The notes beneath the pieces are model-generated. The model was not told where the DNA came from. It saw only the letters and a program-made list of their open reading frames with translations, and did no database searches. From positions 1,089 to 65,088 of the forward strand of contig JAZMZH010000005.1 in assembly GCA_045585875.1 (NCBI GenBank): a DNA stretch of 64,000 nucleotides. Reading direction: 5' to 3'. The translations under genes were made by a program, and so were the position numbers. Positions 1 to 10,034 of the stretch are shown piece by piece (position 1 is the first letter of the stretch; the number at the start of each line of letters is the position of its first letter). The stretch is from Victivallaceae bacterium. GTDB lineage: Bacteria > Verrucomicrobiota > Lentisphaeria > Victivallales > Victivallaceae.

Positions 1-118
1 TTTAGCTTTTCCCGCCGGAAAATCAAGTCCGCATCTCCCGCGGATCGAAAAAACTCCTTCATTTTATTTTTTAACAAAATCTTTTCCGAAACTTCCCCGC
101 CTTCCGGAAGCGTCCGGC

Positions 119-146
119 TTGAAATATCCGCCCGCGACGATATATT
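119..146 (+). promoter_or_regulatory. sigma70-like promoter candidate (TTGAAA-16 nt-TATATT)
   Basis: TTGAAA at 119-124 and TATATT at 141-146, in an AT-richer stretch about 65 nt upstream of the ATG at 210. Confidence 0.4.
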
Positions 147-209
147 ATCTCCTGTCCTTTCAGAACAGTCGGGGCGGGCAGGGCCGGTCCCGCATCAAGG
201 AGTGCAGTC

Positions 210-2198
210 ATGACGAGCAGCAGCGATTTGAATTTCATCAACGTCGTCCCGGTTTTCGAGGGGAAATACATTCCGCGTACGGTCGTGGAAATTCTCCGTC
301 AGCACCGCGACATCGGGATCCGCCGTTTCGCGGTGTCTTTGAGTTTTCACCCCGAGGGCTTTCCGGCCCGGGAAAAGATCAGCCGTCTGGCGGGGATCTT
401 TCAGGCGATCCGCGACGGGCTGGCCGAAGCCGTCCGCGGCGATGACGATATCCGGCTGGGAGTGCTGCTCCAGAGCACCATGGGCCACGGCTGGAGCGGG
501 ACGGTGCCCCTGACCGGGGAATCCTGGCAGCGGATCGTTTTCGCCGACGGCAGGAGTTCCAGCCGCATGTGTCCCTCCGATCCGGAGTTCCGGGCCTACG
601 TCTGCGACGCGGTGCGGGCCGTCGTCCGGCTTGAGCCGTCTTTTCTGATGCTGGACGACGACTTCGGACTGCGTCTGGAGGAGTGTTTCTGTCCCGCGCA
701 TATGGAGATGTTCAACCGGGCGGTCGGCGGGCATTGGACCCGGGAGGCTCTGGCGGCGGCGCTGAAAGACAGTCTGGGAGGCTCCGGCGGCGACCCCGAT
801 CTTGAGGTCTTCTGCCGCCAGCGCCGGGAGACCGCCGTGAACTTCGCCCGGGAGATTCGGGCCGCCATCGACGAGACCGATCCGGAGCTCTCCTGCGTGG
901 TCTGCTGCCCCTGGGTCGGACACGGCTTCGTCCCCGCCGTGTCGGACGCCCTGCGCAGCGCCTCCGAATCCGCCGCCTGGGTGAGGGTGAACAATTCCGT
1001 CTACGGATGCGCCCACCCCCGGGAAATCTGCGTCAACGATTATAAGACCAATCTCATCCGTCACCAGCTGAGGGCCCGTCACTTGATCGAGGAGGCCGAC
1101 ACCTTCCCCCAGAACCGGTGGAGCATGAGCGCCTCGCTCTTTCACACCCACCTGGTGAACGGCATTCTCAACGGTTTGGAGGGGGCCAAGCTGTGGATGA
1201 ACAATTTCCGCCAGCCCGACCGCAGCGTGCAGGAGCCCTACGAAAGAATCTTCGCCGGGCACCTGGGCATGTACCGGGAACTTTACCGCATCGCGGGAGA
1301 CATCCGCTGGCAGGGGGTGGCGGCCCCCATGTACGAGGCGCGGGATCTCCTCAATCCCAGGTCCGATTTCAGGAGCCTCTACGGCGTCCGGGAGTGGGTG
1401 CAGGAGGTCTTCAGCTCCTTCGGGGTCCCGATCCGGTACGCCGTCCCGGGAGGCGACGGCATTTACGCCGCCTGCGGAGCCGATCTGGCGTATCTCTCCG
1501 ACGACGAGGTGAGGGCGCTCTGCCGTCACAGCCTCCTCCTGGACTCCACCGGCGCGCGCGAACTGACCCGCCGGGGATTCGCGGAGCTGATCGGCGTGCG
1601 GACCGTCGACGATCCCGATTTCTTCTTCACCGGCGAACTCAACGCGGAGACCGGAGTCACCGACGGCCTGATGTTTGAAGCGGGGATGGAGAAACTGGAG
1701 CCGGTTTCGGCGGAGGTCGGGATTCTCTCCTGGTGCCTCCGCCGCAATCCCGGCGGGGACGTGACGCGGCCGGAAAAGGCCGCGCCGGGCATGACGGCAT
1801 TTGTCAACGCCGAGGGGGGCAGGGTGGTGACCGCCGCCTGGTTTCCGGGGATGCCCTTTTACAAGATCTGGGTGCCGGCGCGCCGCAATCTGCTGATTTC
1901 GGCGCTGGATTTCCTGGCAGGGGGCCGGATGGAGATGATCGCGGCCGTCGAGGATCACCTGATGGTGAAGCACGGGGTGTGCCGGGACGGGAGCGAACTG
2001 GTCTTCGCCCTCAATCTCAGCACCGATCCGGAGCCGGAGCTGCCGCTCCGCTGTTTCCGGCGGATCGCCGCCGTCCGGAAACTCTCCGGAGCCGGAGCTT
2101 GGGAACCGGTTGACTTCCGGCAGAGCGGCGATATCGCGACCGTCGCCGCGGGGCTGGTCATCGACGATCCGGTGATCCTGAGGTTTGAATTCCGATGA
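210..2198 (+). CDS. Hypothetical 662-aa protein, possibly glycoside-hydrolase-like (function not recognised)
   Basis: Long uninterrupted ORF. Its stop overlaps the next start (ATGA at 2195-2198). It is co-directional with an MFS permease and a CE7 esterase. I recognised no diagnostic motif. Confidence 0.7.
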   Translation: MTSSSDLNFINVVPVFEGKYIPRTVVEILRQHRDIGIRRFAVSLSFHPEGFPAREKISRLAGIFQAIRDGLAEAVRGDDDIRLGVLLQSTMGHGWSGTVPLTGESWQRIVFADGRSSSRMCPSDPEFRAYVCDAVRAVVRLEPSFLMLDDDFGLRLEECFCPAHMEMFNRAVGGHWTREALAAALKDSLGGSGGDPDLEVFCRQRRETAVNFAREIRAAIDETDPELSCVVCCPWVGHGFVPAVSDALRSASESAAWVRVNNSVYGCAHPREICVNDYKTNLIRHQLRARHLIEEADTFPQNRWSMSASLFHTHLVNGILNGLEGAKLWMNNFRQPDRSVQEPYERIFAGHLGMYRELYRIAGDIRWQGVAAPMYEARDLLNPRSDFRSLYGVREWVQEVFSSFGVPIRYAVPGGDGIYAACGADLAYLSDDEVRALCRHSLLLDSTGARELTRRGFAELIGVRTVDDPDFFFTGELNAETGVTDGLMFEAGMEKLEPVSAEVGILSWCLRRNPGGDVTRPEKAAPGMTAFVNAEGGRVVTAAWFPGMPFYKIWVPARRNLLISALDFLAGGRMEMIAAVEDHLMVKHGVCRDGSELVFALNLSTDPEPELPLRCFRRIAAVRKLSGAGAWEPVDFRQSGDIATVAAGLVIDDPVILRFEFR

Positions 2199-3499
2199 AA
2201 AGAGCCTATGCCGAAACGCTGAGCGAGCGGGAGCGCCGCCGCGGACGCATCTTCGCCTACTGCGCCTGCTACTTCGGCTGCCTGTCCGAGGTCATGATGG
2301 ACAGCAGCGCCATCGTCATCCTCTACATCGGCATGCTGGGCGGCAGCAGCACCATGATCATGCTCTCCACCAGTTTTTACGGCCTGTCCAGCATGCTCTT
2401 CACGATCCCGGCGGCCTCGGAGGTGGCGCATTTCGGCATGAAACGATCGGTGGGCGTCGCCTGCATTTCCGGCTGCGCCGGACTGCTGATGGCGGCGTCC
2501 GCGGCCTGGTGCGGCCGGTACGGGGCATGGGTGGCGCTGGCCGGGTGCATGATCTACTGCCTCCAGCGGACTTTTTACGGCGCGTCCTGGTATCCCATGC
2601 TGGATGCGTTTTTGCGCAAGCAGGACCGCGGGAGTTTCTTCGGCACCATGCGCTACAGCTACATGATTCTGTCCGGGCTGATCTTTTACTTCGTAGGGGT
2701 TTTCATGGGGGCGGAGCCGCCCGTGATTCTGATGCAGATATTCATCGGATGCATGGGGTTGATGCTGCTCGGACGGTGGTACTGCATGTCCCGCTTCCCG
2801 GAGGACCCCAGGGAGCAGGCCGTGAAGCTCGACATGCGCCGTGCGCTGGGCATCTCTCTGCGCAACAGCCGTCTCACCTGCTATTCGGTCTACGTCTGTC
2901 TGCTCTCCCTGGCCTATACGTCGCTGGTGCCGCTGACGCTGGTGTATCTGAAGCAGTATGTGAAGCTGGAATCCGGCAGGGTGCAGATTTTTTCGACCGT
3001 GGGCATTTTGGGGTCGATCCTCGGATACTTTGTCTATGGAAAACTCCTGAAGTGGTTCAAAATAAAGAAAATGGAGCTGCTTGTCCACCTGATTTTCCTC
3101 TCTTCCGCGCTGACGCTGGCGCTGGTCTGCGCGGGGGCCCGGGGCTTTATATGGATCGTCGGGGCGGCATATTTCATGGCCTCCTTTGCGGCCAGCGCCT
3201 TTCTCTGCAATCACTCCACCGAGCTGCTGGCGCTGGCGCGCCCGGGCAACAAGGCCATGGCGATGGCTTTCGCCCAGACTTACCTCAACATCGGCGTGAC
3301 CGCGGGCAGGATCGGCACGGCGCTGCTGCTGGGGAGCAATCTGCTGGCCCCGGTGTGGACCATGGGCGGGGCGGAATACTGCAATTATCAGGCGCTCTTC
3401 CTGTTTTACGGGGCGGTGGCCGCAGTCGCGCTGACGCTTTTCCCGATATTGCCGGCGGTGGTGCCGAAGCATCACGACTTTTACGAACCGGTGCGCTGA
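2195..3499 (+). CDS. MFS-type membrane transporter (12-TM-like, sugar/glycoside permease-like)
   Basis: 434 aa, strongly hydrophobic throughout with repeated helix-length segments. Start is translationally coupled to the upstream ORF. Confidence 0.8.
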   Translation: MKRAYAETLSERERRRGRIFAYCACYFGCLSEVMMDSSAIVILYIGMLGGSSTMIMLSTSFYGLSSMLFTIPAASEVAHFGMKRSVGVACISGCAGLLMAASAAWCGRYGAWVALAGCMIYCLQRTFYGASWYPMLDAFLRKQDRGSFFGTMRYSYMILSGLIFYFVGVFMGAEPPVILMQIFIGCMGLMLLGRWYCMSRFPEDPREQAVKLDMRRALGISLRNSRLTCYSVYVCLLSLAYTSLVPLTLVYLKQYVKLESGRVQIFSTVGILGSILGYFVYGKLLKWFKIKKMELLVHLIFLSSALTLALVCAGARGFIWIVGAAYFMASFAASAFLCNHSTELLALARPGNKAMAMAFAQTYLNIGVTAGRIGTALLLGSNLLAPVWTMGGAEYCNYQALFLFYGAVAAVALTLFPILPAVVPKHHDFYEPVR

Positions 3500-3545
3500 G
3501 ACCTCCGGACGGCGTTTTTTTCCCGGATTTTCGGGGGAAGCCGTT

Positions 3546-3573
3546 TTGAAAAACCTTTTTCCCCGTTTATATT
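3546..3573 (+). promoter_or_regulatory. sigma70-like promoter candidate (TTGAAA-16 nt-TATATT)
   Basis: TTGAAA at 3546-3551 and TATATT at 3568-3573, in the AT-rich gap upstream of the esterase gene. Confidence 0.4.
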
Positions 3574-3625
3574 ATTATTCTATGTCCGGAGATGATTTCA
3601 AATATGAAAGGAAAGGATTGCAATC

Positions 3626-4585
3626 ATGCTGATCGACATGCCGGTTGAGGAACTGAGGACCTATCGGGGCAGCACCCCCAGACCCGACGATTTCGATGAA
3701 TTCTGGGACGCTTCGCTGGCGGAATCCGCCGCTCTGCCCATGAACGCCGAACTCATCCCGGCGGAATTTCAGGCGCCCTGCGCCGACTGTTACGACCTCT
3801 TCTTCGACGGCACCGGAAATTCCCGGATCCACGCCAAACTCCTCTGCCCGAAAAACGACACCGGCAAACATCCCGCCGTGGTGCAGTTTCACGGTTATTC
3901 CGGCGATTCCTGTGACTGGTGCGGCAAACTCATGTACGTCGCCTGCGGGTACACCGTGGCGGCGCTGGACTGCCGCGGCCAGGGCGGGCTCTCCGAGGAC
4001 CGCGACCCGGTCTGCGGCAACACCCTGAACGGACATATCATCCGCGGCCTCGACGAGTCCGATCCCCGGAAACTTTACTTTCGGAACGTCTTTCTGGACT
4101 GCGCCCGCCTGACCCGCTTCGTCATGAATATGGAGCATGTCGATCCCGCCCGGGTCGGCGTCACCGGCGGCTCCCAGGGCGGCGGGCTCACTCTCGCCTG
4201 CGCGGCGCTGGTGCCGGAGGTGAAGCTGGCCGCGGCGGCATTCCCGTTTCTTTCGGACTACCGCCGGGTCTGGAATATGGACCTGGCCGTCGGCGCCTAT
4301 GGGGAGCTGAAGGAATATTTCCGCAATTTCGATCCCAATCACCTCCGGGAGGAGGCGATCTGGACCCGCCTCGGCTACATCGACATCCAGAACCTCACCC
4401 CCCGCATCCGGGCGCGTGTCATGATGCTGACCGGACTCATGGACACGGTCTGCCCGCCCTCCACCCAGTTCGCGGCCTACAACAAGATCTCTTCGGAGAA
4501 AGAAGTGCTCTTCTATCCCGACTTCGGCCACGAAGGGCTGAAGGGCGGAGACGATAAGGTCTTCCGCTTCCTGATGGAGCTCTGA
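3626..4585 (+). CDS. Carbohydrate esterase family 7 acetyl-xylan esterase / cephalosporin-C deacetylase
   Basis: CE7 signatures in order: LDCRGQGG (RGQ motif), GGSQGGGL (GxSQG nucleophile elbow), YPDFGHEGL (HE motif). Size is 319 aa. An AAAGGAAAGGA Shine-Dalgarno-like (SD-like) run precedes the ATG. Confidence 0.9.
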   Translation: MLIDMPVEELRTYRGSTPRPDDFDEFWDASLAESAALPMNAELIPAEFQAPCADCYDLFFDGTGNSRIHAKLLCPKNDTGKHPAVVQFHGYSGDSCDWCGKLMYVACGYTVAALDCRGQGGLSEDRDPVCGNTLNGHIIRGLDESDPRKLYFRNVFLDCARLTRFVMNMEHVDPARVGVTGGSQGGGLTLACAALVPEVKLAAAAFPFLSDYRRVWNMDLAVGAYGELKEYFRNFDPNHLREEAIWTRLGYIDIQNLTPRIRARVMMLTGLMDTVCPPSTQFAAYNKISSEKEVLFYPDFGHEGLKGGDDKVFRFLMEL

Positions 4586-4663
4586 GGTCTCTTTGCGTCG
4601 TTGTCGTCGTGCCGTCCGGCGAAAAAAAAGTGAATAAAAAATCATTTTTTTATCGTCCGGCAC

Positions 4664-4692
4664 TTGCAAAACGCATCGTCCCGGTGTAAATT
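4664..4692 (+). promoter_or_regulatory. sigma70-like promoter candidate (TTGCAA-17 nt-TAAATT) upstream of rex
   Basis: TTGCAA at 4664-4669 and TAAATT at 4687-4692, in an AT-rich island. Confidence 0.4.
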
Positions 4693-4744
4693 AAACTCGA
4701 TAAAAAAACATCTATAAAAAAATATAACAGAGCGGGTGTCCAAG

Positions 4745-5404
4745 ATGAGCAGGAGCAAGGTTCCCAATTCGCCGTCGATCCGGCGTATGCCCGTCTATCT
4801 TCATAAGCTCATGCTGATGCATCAGAACGGCGAAGAGTACGCCAGCACCACCCGTCTGGCCGAGTATGTGAATCTCGACACCATCATCGTCCGCAAGGAT
4901 TTTGAACTCACCGGCATCTCGGGACAGCCCGGCGTCGGATACCGTACCGACGAACTCATTTCCGGCATCCGCCGCTATCTGAACTGGGACCGGAGCTGCC
5001 GGGCCTGTCTGGTGGGGGCCGGATCGCTGGGGAGCGCTCTTATCGGCCACGAGGAATTCGCCGAATACGGCCTTGAGATCGGTCTGGTGTTCGATTCCAA
5101 TCCGGACCGCATCGACGCGATCATCCACGGACACCGGGTCGTCGATGTGCGTAAAATGGGGGAGATGCTCAAGGATGATCCGCCGGATCTGGGGATCATC
5201 TGCGTGCCCTCCAGCTGTGCGCAGATGGTGGCGGACGAGATGATCGCCTGCGGTGTGCGGGCGTTCTGGAACTTCGCCAACGTATGTCTGAAGGTCCCCG
5301 ACGACGTGATCGTCCAGAGGGAGGTCATCGCGGGCGGATTCGCCATGCTGTCGGTGAAACTGGCCCGGCGCGAATCCCGGCAGTCGGAATTTTACGAGGG
5401 CTGA
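4745..5404 (+). CDS. rex: Redox-sensing transcriptional repressor Rex
   Basis: N-terminal winged-helix region (IRRMPVYLHKL) followed by the Rossmann motif LVGAGSLGSAL. About 220 aa. Start could be the GTG at 4736 or the ATG at 4745. Confidence 0.88.
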   Translation: MSRSKVPNSPSIRRMPVYLHKLMLMHQNGEEYASTTRLAEYVNLDTIIVRKDFELTGISGQPGVGYRTDELISGIRRYLNWDRSCRACLVGAGSLGSALIGHEEFAEYGLEIGLVFDSNPDRIDAIIHGHRVVDVRKMGEMLKDDPPDLGIICVPSSCAQMVADEMIACGVRAFWNFANVCLKVPDDVIVQREVIAGGFAMLSVKLARRESRQSEFYEG

Positions 5405-5572
5405 ACGGGGGGGAGGGCGGCTGAATCGGAAAGAGCGAGACGCATTGCCGGAGCCTGACGGCGTGCAGCGGTATCAAAAGGGTATGTCCCGACTTTTTCC
5501 CGCGTCGGCGGGAGGGGCGGGACCGGCAAATCCGCCGGAGGCGGAAAGCACAATAAGGAAAAGGTTGAAAAA

Positions 5573-6097
5573 ATGAGTTGCAACAAATTGTCGGAAGGTG
5601 CGGCGGCAAAGTTCGCCGAACTCGACGCGTTCATCGCCGGTCTGAACATCGACCTTGATGACGAACGCCGCCGCGGGCGGTTGATCCAGGTGCTCCATCG
5701 GGCGCAGGCGATCTTCGGATACCTGCCGCGCGAAGTCCAGCAGCATGTCGCCGACCAGCTGCGGATCCCGGAGAGCGCCGTATCGGGCGTAGTTTCGTTC
5801 TACAATTTCTTCTCCACCCGCCCCAAGGGCAAGTACGTCATCAACGTCTGCCTCGGCACCGCCTGCTACGTGAAGGGCTCCGAGGGCGTGCTCCGCGAGC
5901 TGGAGCGCGTGCTGGGCGTGAAGGCCGACACCGATCCGACTCCGGACGGGCTCTTTTCGATCACCGCGCTGCGCTGCGTCGGCTGCTGCGGACTGGCGCC
6001 GGTGATGGTGGTGAACGGCAAGGTGTACGGCAACGTCACTCCCGCCAAGGCGGTCGCGGTGGTTGAGGAAATCAAGGCCAAGGAGGCACAGGCATGA
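5573..6097 (+). CDS. hydC: [FeFe]-hydrogenase small flavoprotein-associated subunit, NuoE/HydC-like thioredoxin-like [2Fe-2S] protein
   Basis: NuoE-type Cys pattern (CLGTACYVKG ... CVGCCGLAP). 174 aa. Its stop overlaps the next start. Confidence 0.88.
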   Translation: MSCNKLSEGAAAKFAELDAFIAGLNIDLDDERRRGRLIQVLHRAQAIFGYLPREVQQHVADQLRIPESAVSGVVSFYNFFSTRPKGKYVINVCLGTACYVKGSEGVLRELERVLGVKADTDPTPDGLFSITALRCVGCCGLAPVMVVNGKVYGNVTPAKAVAVVEEIKAKEAQA

Positions 6098-8022
6098 ACA
6101 AGATTACGAACAAAGCCGACCTGATGGCCGCATACGAGGCCGCCAAAGGCAAACTGGCTCTGCGTCTCGCGGCGGCCAAAACCGATTCCAAAAAGAAAGA
6201 CATCCTGATCTGCGGCGATACCGGCTGTCTGGTTTCCAACAGCCAGGAGATCATCGCCAATCTCCGCGCCGAAGTCAAGGCCGCGGGGCTCGAGAAGGAT
6301 GTGAATGTCATCCAGACCGGCTGCTTCGGTTTCTGCGCGCAGGGCCCGATCGTCAAGATCATGCCGGACAATGTCTTTTATGTGAAGGTCACGCCGGAAG
6401 ACGCCAAAGACATCGTCAAACAGCACATCGTCGGCCACAAGCTCGTCGAGCGTCTGGTCTACGTCGAACCCACGCTCAACGCCCAGATCACCGACTATCA
6501 GCAGATGCCCTTTTACAAGAAACAGATGCGCATCGCTCTGCGCAACTGCGGTCTGATCGCCGAGGAGAATATCGAGGAATACATCGCCGCCGAGGGCTTC
6601 CAGGGCCTCGCCAAGGCGCTGACCGAAATGACCCCCGCCGAAGTCGTCCAGGAGGTTCTGGACTCCGGTCTCTGCGGCCGCGGCGGCGCGGGCTTCCCCA
6701 CCGGTATGAAATGGAAGATCGCCGCCGGCGTCCAGGCGGATGAAAAATACATCGTCTGCAATGCCGACGAGGGCGACCCCGGCGCATTCATGGACCGCTC
6801 CATCATGGAGGGCGATCCCGCCAGCGTCGTCGAGGCGATGGCGATCGGCGCCTACGCGATCGGCGCTCATCAGGGACTCGTCTACATCCGCGCCGAGTAT
6901 CCGCTGGCGGTTTCCCGGCTGCAGCTGGCGATCGACCAGGCGCGCGGACTCGGGCTGCTGGGCAAGAACATCCTCGGTACGGACTTCTCGTTCGACATCG
7001 AGATCAAACTCGGCGCGGGCGCCTTTGTCTGCGGCGAGGAGACGGCGCTGATCCACTCCATGGAGGGCCAGCGCGGCGAACCCACCACCAAACCGCCTTT
7101 CCCGGCGAACATCGGCGGCGGCTACTGGGGCTGCTCCACCAACGTCAACAACGTCGAGACCTACGCTTCGATCCCGATCATTCTGCGCAAGGGCGCCGAG
7201 TGGTACAGCAAGATCGGAAACTGGAAGATCGAACGCGATGAGAAGGGCCACTGGGTCAAGACCATCTCCGGCAATGCCGGCACCAAGGTCTTCGCCCTGG
7301 CGGGTCAGGTCAACAACGTGGGTCTGGTCGAAGTCCCGATGGGCACCACTCTCCGCGAGATCATCTTCGAGATCGGCGGCGGCATCGTCGGCGGCAGAGA
7401 GTTCAAGGCCGTGCAGACCGGCGGACCCTCCGGCGGCTGCATCACCAAGGAAAATCTGGATACCCCGATCGACTACAGTTCGCTGATGCGCATCGGTTCG
7501 ATGATGGGTTCCGGCGGTATGATCGTCCTCTCCGTCAAGGACTGCATGCCCGCGATGGCGAAATTCTACCTCGGATTCACCAAGGACGAGTCCTGCGGCA
7601 AGTGCACTCCGTGCCGCATCGGCACCCGCCGCATGCTCGAAATGCTCGAGAGCATCTGCGACGGCAATGCGGACGAAAACACCCTCGCCGAACTTGAGGA
7701 CCTCGCCAATACCGTGAAGGACACCGCGCTGTGCGGACTGGGGCAGACCGCTCCGAATCCGATCCTCGCGACCTTGCGCTACTTCCGCGACGAGTACATC
7801 GCGCATGTCCGCGACAAGAAGTGCCCCGCGGGCACCTGCACCAAACTCTATCAGCTCGTCATCACCGATGCCTGCAAGGGCTGCACCAAGTGCGCCCGCA
7901 ACTGCCCGGTGGGCGCCATCACGGGCGCGGTCAAGCAGCAGCACGTCATCGATCAGTCCAAGTGCATCAAGTGCAACGCCTGTATTGATGCGTGCCCGTT
8001 CAAGGCCATCGTCAAGAAATAG
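6094..8022 (+). CDS. hydB: [FeFe]-hydrogenase NuoF/HydB-like FMN- and NAD(H)-binding subunit
   Basis: GRGGAGFPTG (NADH site), GAGAFVCGEETAL (FMN site), ESCGKCTPCR (N3-type 4Fe-4S). Has an N-terminal thioredoxin-like 2Fe-2S domain and two C-terminal CxxCxxCxxxCP ferredoxin motifs. Confidence 0.93.
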   Translation: MNKITNKADLMAAYEAAKGKLALRLAAAKTDSKKKDILICGDTGCLVSNSQEIIANLRAEVKAAGLEKDVNVIQTGCFGFCAQGPIVKIMPDNVFYVKVTPEDAKDIVKQHIVGHKLVERLVYVEPTLNAQITDYQQMPFYKKQMRIALRNCGLIAEENIEEYIAAEGFQGLAKALTEMTPAEVVQEVLDSGLCGRGGAGFPTGMKWKIAAGVQADEKYIVCNADEGDPGAFMDRSIMEGDPASVVEAMAIGAYAIGAHQGLVYIRAEYPLAVSRLQLAIDQARGLGLLGKNILGTDFSFDIEIKLGAGAFVCGEETALIHSMEGQRGEPTTKPPFPANIGGGYWGCSTNVNNVETYASIPIILRKGAEWYSKIGNWKIERDEKGHWVKTISGNAGTKVFALAGQVNNVGLVEVPMGTTLREIIFEIGGGIVGGREFKAVQTGGPSGGCITKENLDTPIDYSSLMRIGSMMGSGGMIVLSVKDCMPAMAKFYLGFTKDESCGKCTPCRIGTRRMLEMLESICDGNADENTLAELEDLANTVKDTALCGLGQTAPNPILATLRYFRDEYIAHVRDKKCPAGTCTKLYQLVITDACKGCTKCARNCPVGAITGAVKQQHVIDQSKCIKCNACIDACPFKAIVKK

Positions 8023-8034
8023 GAGATCATCGCC

Positions 8035-9837
8035 ATGGCAAACGTTAAAGTAATCATCAACGGGAAGACCGTCGAGGTTCCCGCCGGCGCAACCATTCTT
8101 GACGCCGCGAATAAAATCAACGTCCACATCCCGACGCTGTGCTACTGTCCCGATCTGGGCTGCGGCGTCGCCAACAAGCCCGCCAGCTGCCGTCTCTGCC
8201 TCGTCGAGGCGACCGGCATCCGTCCGCGCCCGGTGCTCGTGCCGGCCTGCGCCACCCCGCTTTCGCGCGACGGCGTCGAGGTCTGGACCAATTCGGCGCG
8301 TGCGATGAAGGCGCGCCGCACCGTGCTGGAGCTGCTGCTCTCCGACCACCCGCAGAACTGTCTGACCTGCGCCAAAAACCAGGAGTGCGAACTTCAGAAG
8401 CTGGCCGCCGAGTTCGGCATCCGCGAGATCTCCTATCAGGGCGAGCGCAACCGCTATCCGGTGGACCAGTCCGCCGCCATTATGCGCGACCTGACCAAGT
8501 GCATCATGTGCCGCCGCTGCGAGACCGTCTGCAACAAGGTCCAGACGGTGGGCGTCCTCACCGGCAACGGCCGCGGCTTCCCCGCCAAGGTCGGCACCGC
8601 GTCGATGATCCCGCTGGCGGATTCGAACTGCACCTTTTGCGGTCAGTGCGTGAATGTCTGTCCGGTGGGCGCGATCGTCGGCGTCTCCTACACCAAGCAG
8701 GTGATGGCGGCGCTCAATGATCCGAAGAAGACCGTGGTGGTCAGCACCGCTCCCGCCGTCCGCGTCGCGGTCGGTCAGGAGTTCGGCTTCAAGCCGGGCC
8801 AGCCCGTGACCGGCAAGCTCGTCGCCGGACTGCGCGCGCTGGGCTTCAAGAAGGTTTTCGACACCGACTTCGCCGCCGACCTCACCATCATGGAAGAGGG
8901 CAACGAACTGGTCGGCCGCGTCAAGAAGTTCATCGAAGCGACCAAAGCGGGCAAGTCCGCCGCCGATGCGTCGCTTCAGGCTCAGCTGCCGATCCTGACC
9001 AGCTGCTGCCCCGGCTGGATCAACTTCCTCGAACATCACTTCCCGGATCTGCTGGACATCCCGTCCAGCTGCAAGTCTCCGCAGCAGATGTTCGGCGCCA
9101 TCACCAAGACCTACTACGCCGAAAAGATCGGCGTCAAGCCCGAGGATCTGGTCGTCGTCTCCGTGATGCCCTGCCAGGCGAAGAAGTACGAAGCGGCGCG
9201 TCCGGAGTTCTCCCCGAACGGCATCCGCGACATCGACTACGTCGTCACCACCCGCGAACTGGTCCGGCTCTTCCACGAGGCGGGCATCAACCTCGCCAAC
9301 CTCGAGGATGAGGATTACGACAGCCCGCTGGGCGAATCCACCGGCGCGAGCGTAATCTTCGGCGTGACGGGCGGCGTGCTCGAAGCCGCGCTCCGTTCCG
9401 TCCACACGATCCTCACCGGCGAGAACCTCGCCGGCGACGCGATCAACTTCCGCGCGGTCCGCGGTCTGGACGGCGTCAAGGAGGCCAAGGTCGAAGTCGC
9501 TCCGGGCGTCAGCGTGAACGTCGCCGTCGCCTCCGGTCTGGGCAATACCCGCAAGGTGCTGGACATGGTCCGCAAGGACCGCACCCGCTTCCAGGCGATC
9601 GAGATCATGGCGTGTCCCGGCGGATGCATCAACGGCGGCGGTCAGCCCTACATCCACGGCAGCCGCGCCGAGGCGCTGCAGCGCCGGATGGAAGGCCTCT
9701 ACGCCGAGGATTGCGGCAAGCAGATCCGTCTCTCGCACGAGAATCCCGACATCAAGAAGCTCTATGAAGAGTTTCTGGGCACTCCGGGCAGCGAAAAGGC
9801 GCATCATCTGCTCCATACCGTCTACCACACCAAGTAG
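8035..9837 (+). CDS. hydA: [FeFe]-hydrogenase catalytic subunit HydA (multidomain, bifurcating-type architecture)
   Basis: H-cluster motifs TSCCPGW, VMPCQAKKYEA and EIMACPGGCINGGGQP. N-terminal 2Fe-2S, a His-ligated cluster region (LLLSDHPQNCLTC) and 2x[4Fe-4S] motifs. Confidence 0.95.
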   Translation: MANVKVIINGKTVEVPAGATILDAANKINVHIPTLCYCPDLGCGVANKPASCRLCLVEATGIRPRPVLVPACATPLSRDGVEVWTNSARAMKARRTVLELLLSDHPQNCLTCAKNQECELQKLAAEFGIREISYQGERNRYPVDQSAAIMRDLTKCIMCRRCETVCNKVQTVGVLTGNGRGFPAKVGTASMIPLADSNCTFCGQCVNVCPVGAIVGVSYTKQVMAALNDPKKTVVVSTAPAVRVAVGQEFGFKPGQPVTGKLVAGLRALGFKKVFDTDFAADLTIMEEGNELVGRVKKFIEATKAGKSAADASLQAQLPILTSCCPGWINFLEHHFPDLLDIPSSCKSPQQMFGAITKTYYAEKIGVKPEDLVVVSVMPCQAKKYEAARPEFSPNGIRDIDYVVTTRELVRLFHEAGINLANLEDEDYDSPLGESTGASVIFGVTGGVLEAALRSVHTILTGENLAGDAINFRAVRGLDGVKEAKVEVAPGVSVNVAVASGLGNTRKVLDMVRKDRTRFQAIEIMACPGGCINGGGQPYIHGSRAEALQRRMEGLYAEDCGKQIRLSHENPDIKKLYEEFLGTPGSEKAHHLLHTVYHTK

Positions 9838-9858
9838 TGCGCGGCAGCGTATGAGCAC

Positions 9859-9900
9859 GGGTCCCGTGATCCTCCAGGGGGTCGCGGGACCCTGATTTTC
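9859..9900 (+). terminator. Intrinsic terminator candidate after hydA
   Basis: 8-bp stem GGGTCCCG (9859-9866) pairs with CGGGACCC (9884-9891), followed by TGATTTTC. Confidence 0.5.
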
Positions 9901-10034
9901 AGGTCCAACGCCGATGCGCGGCGGGACGGCCGCGCCCGGACCGCGGCTTGAAAATATTGATTTCCGTGATAAATTAATGCTGTTGCGAGCGTCATTTTCA
10001 GACAGTGAGGTGCAGAGTGGATATTTCATCCCGC

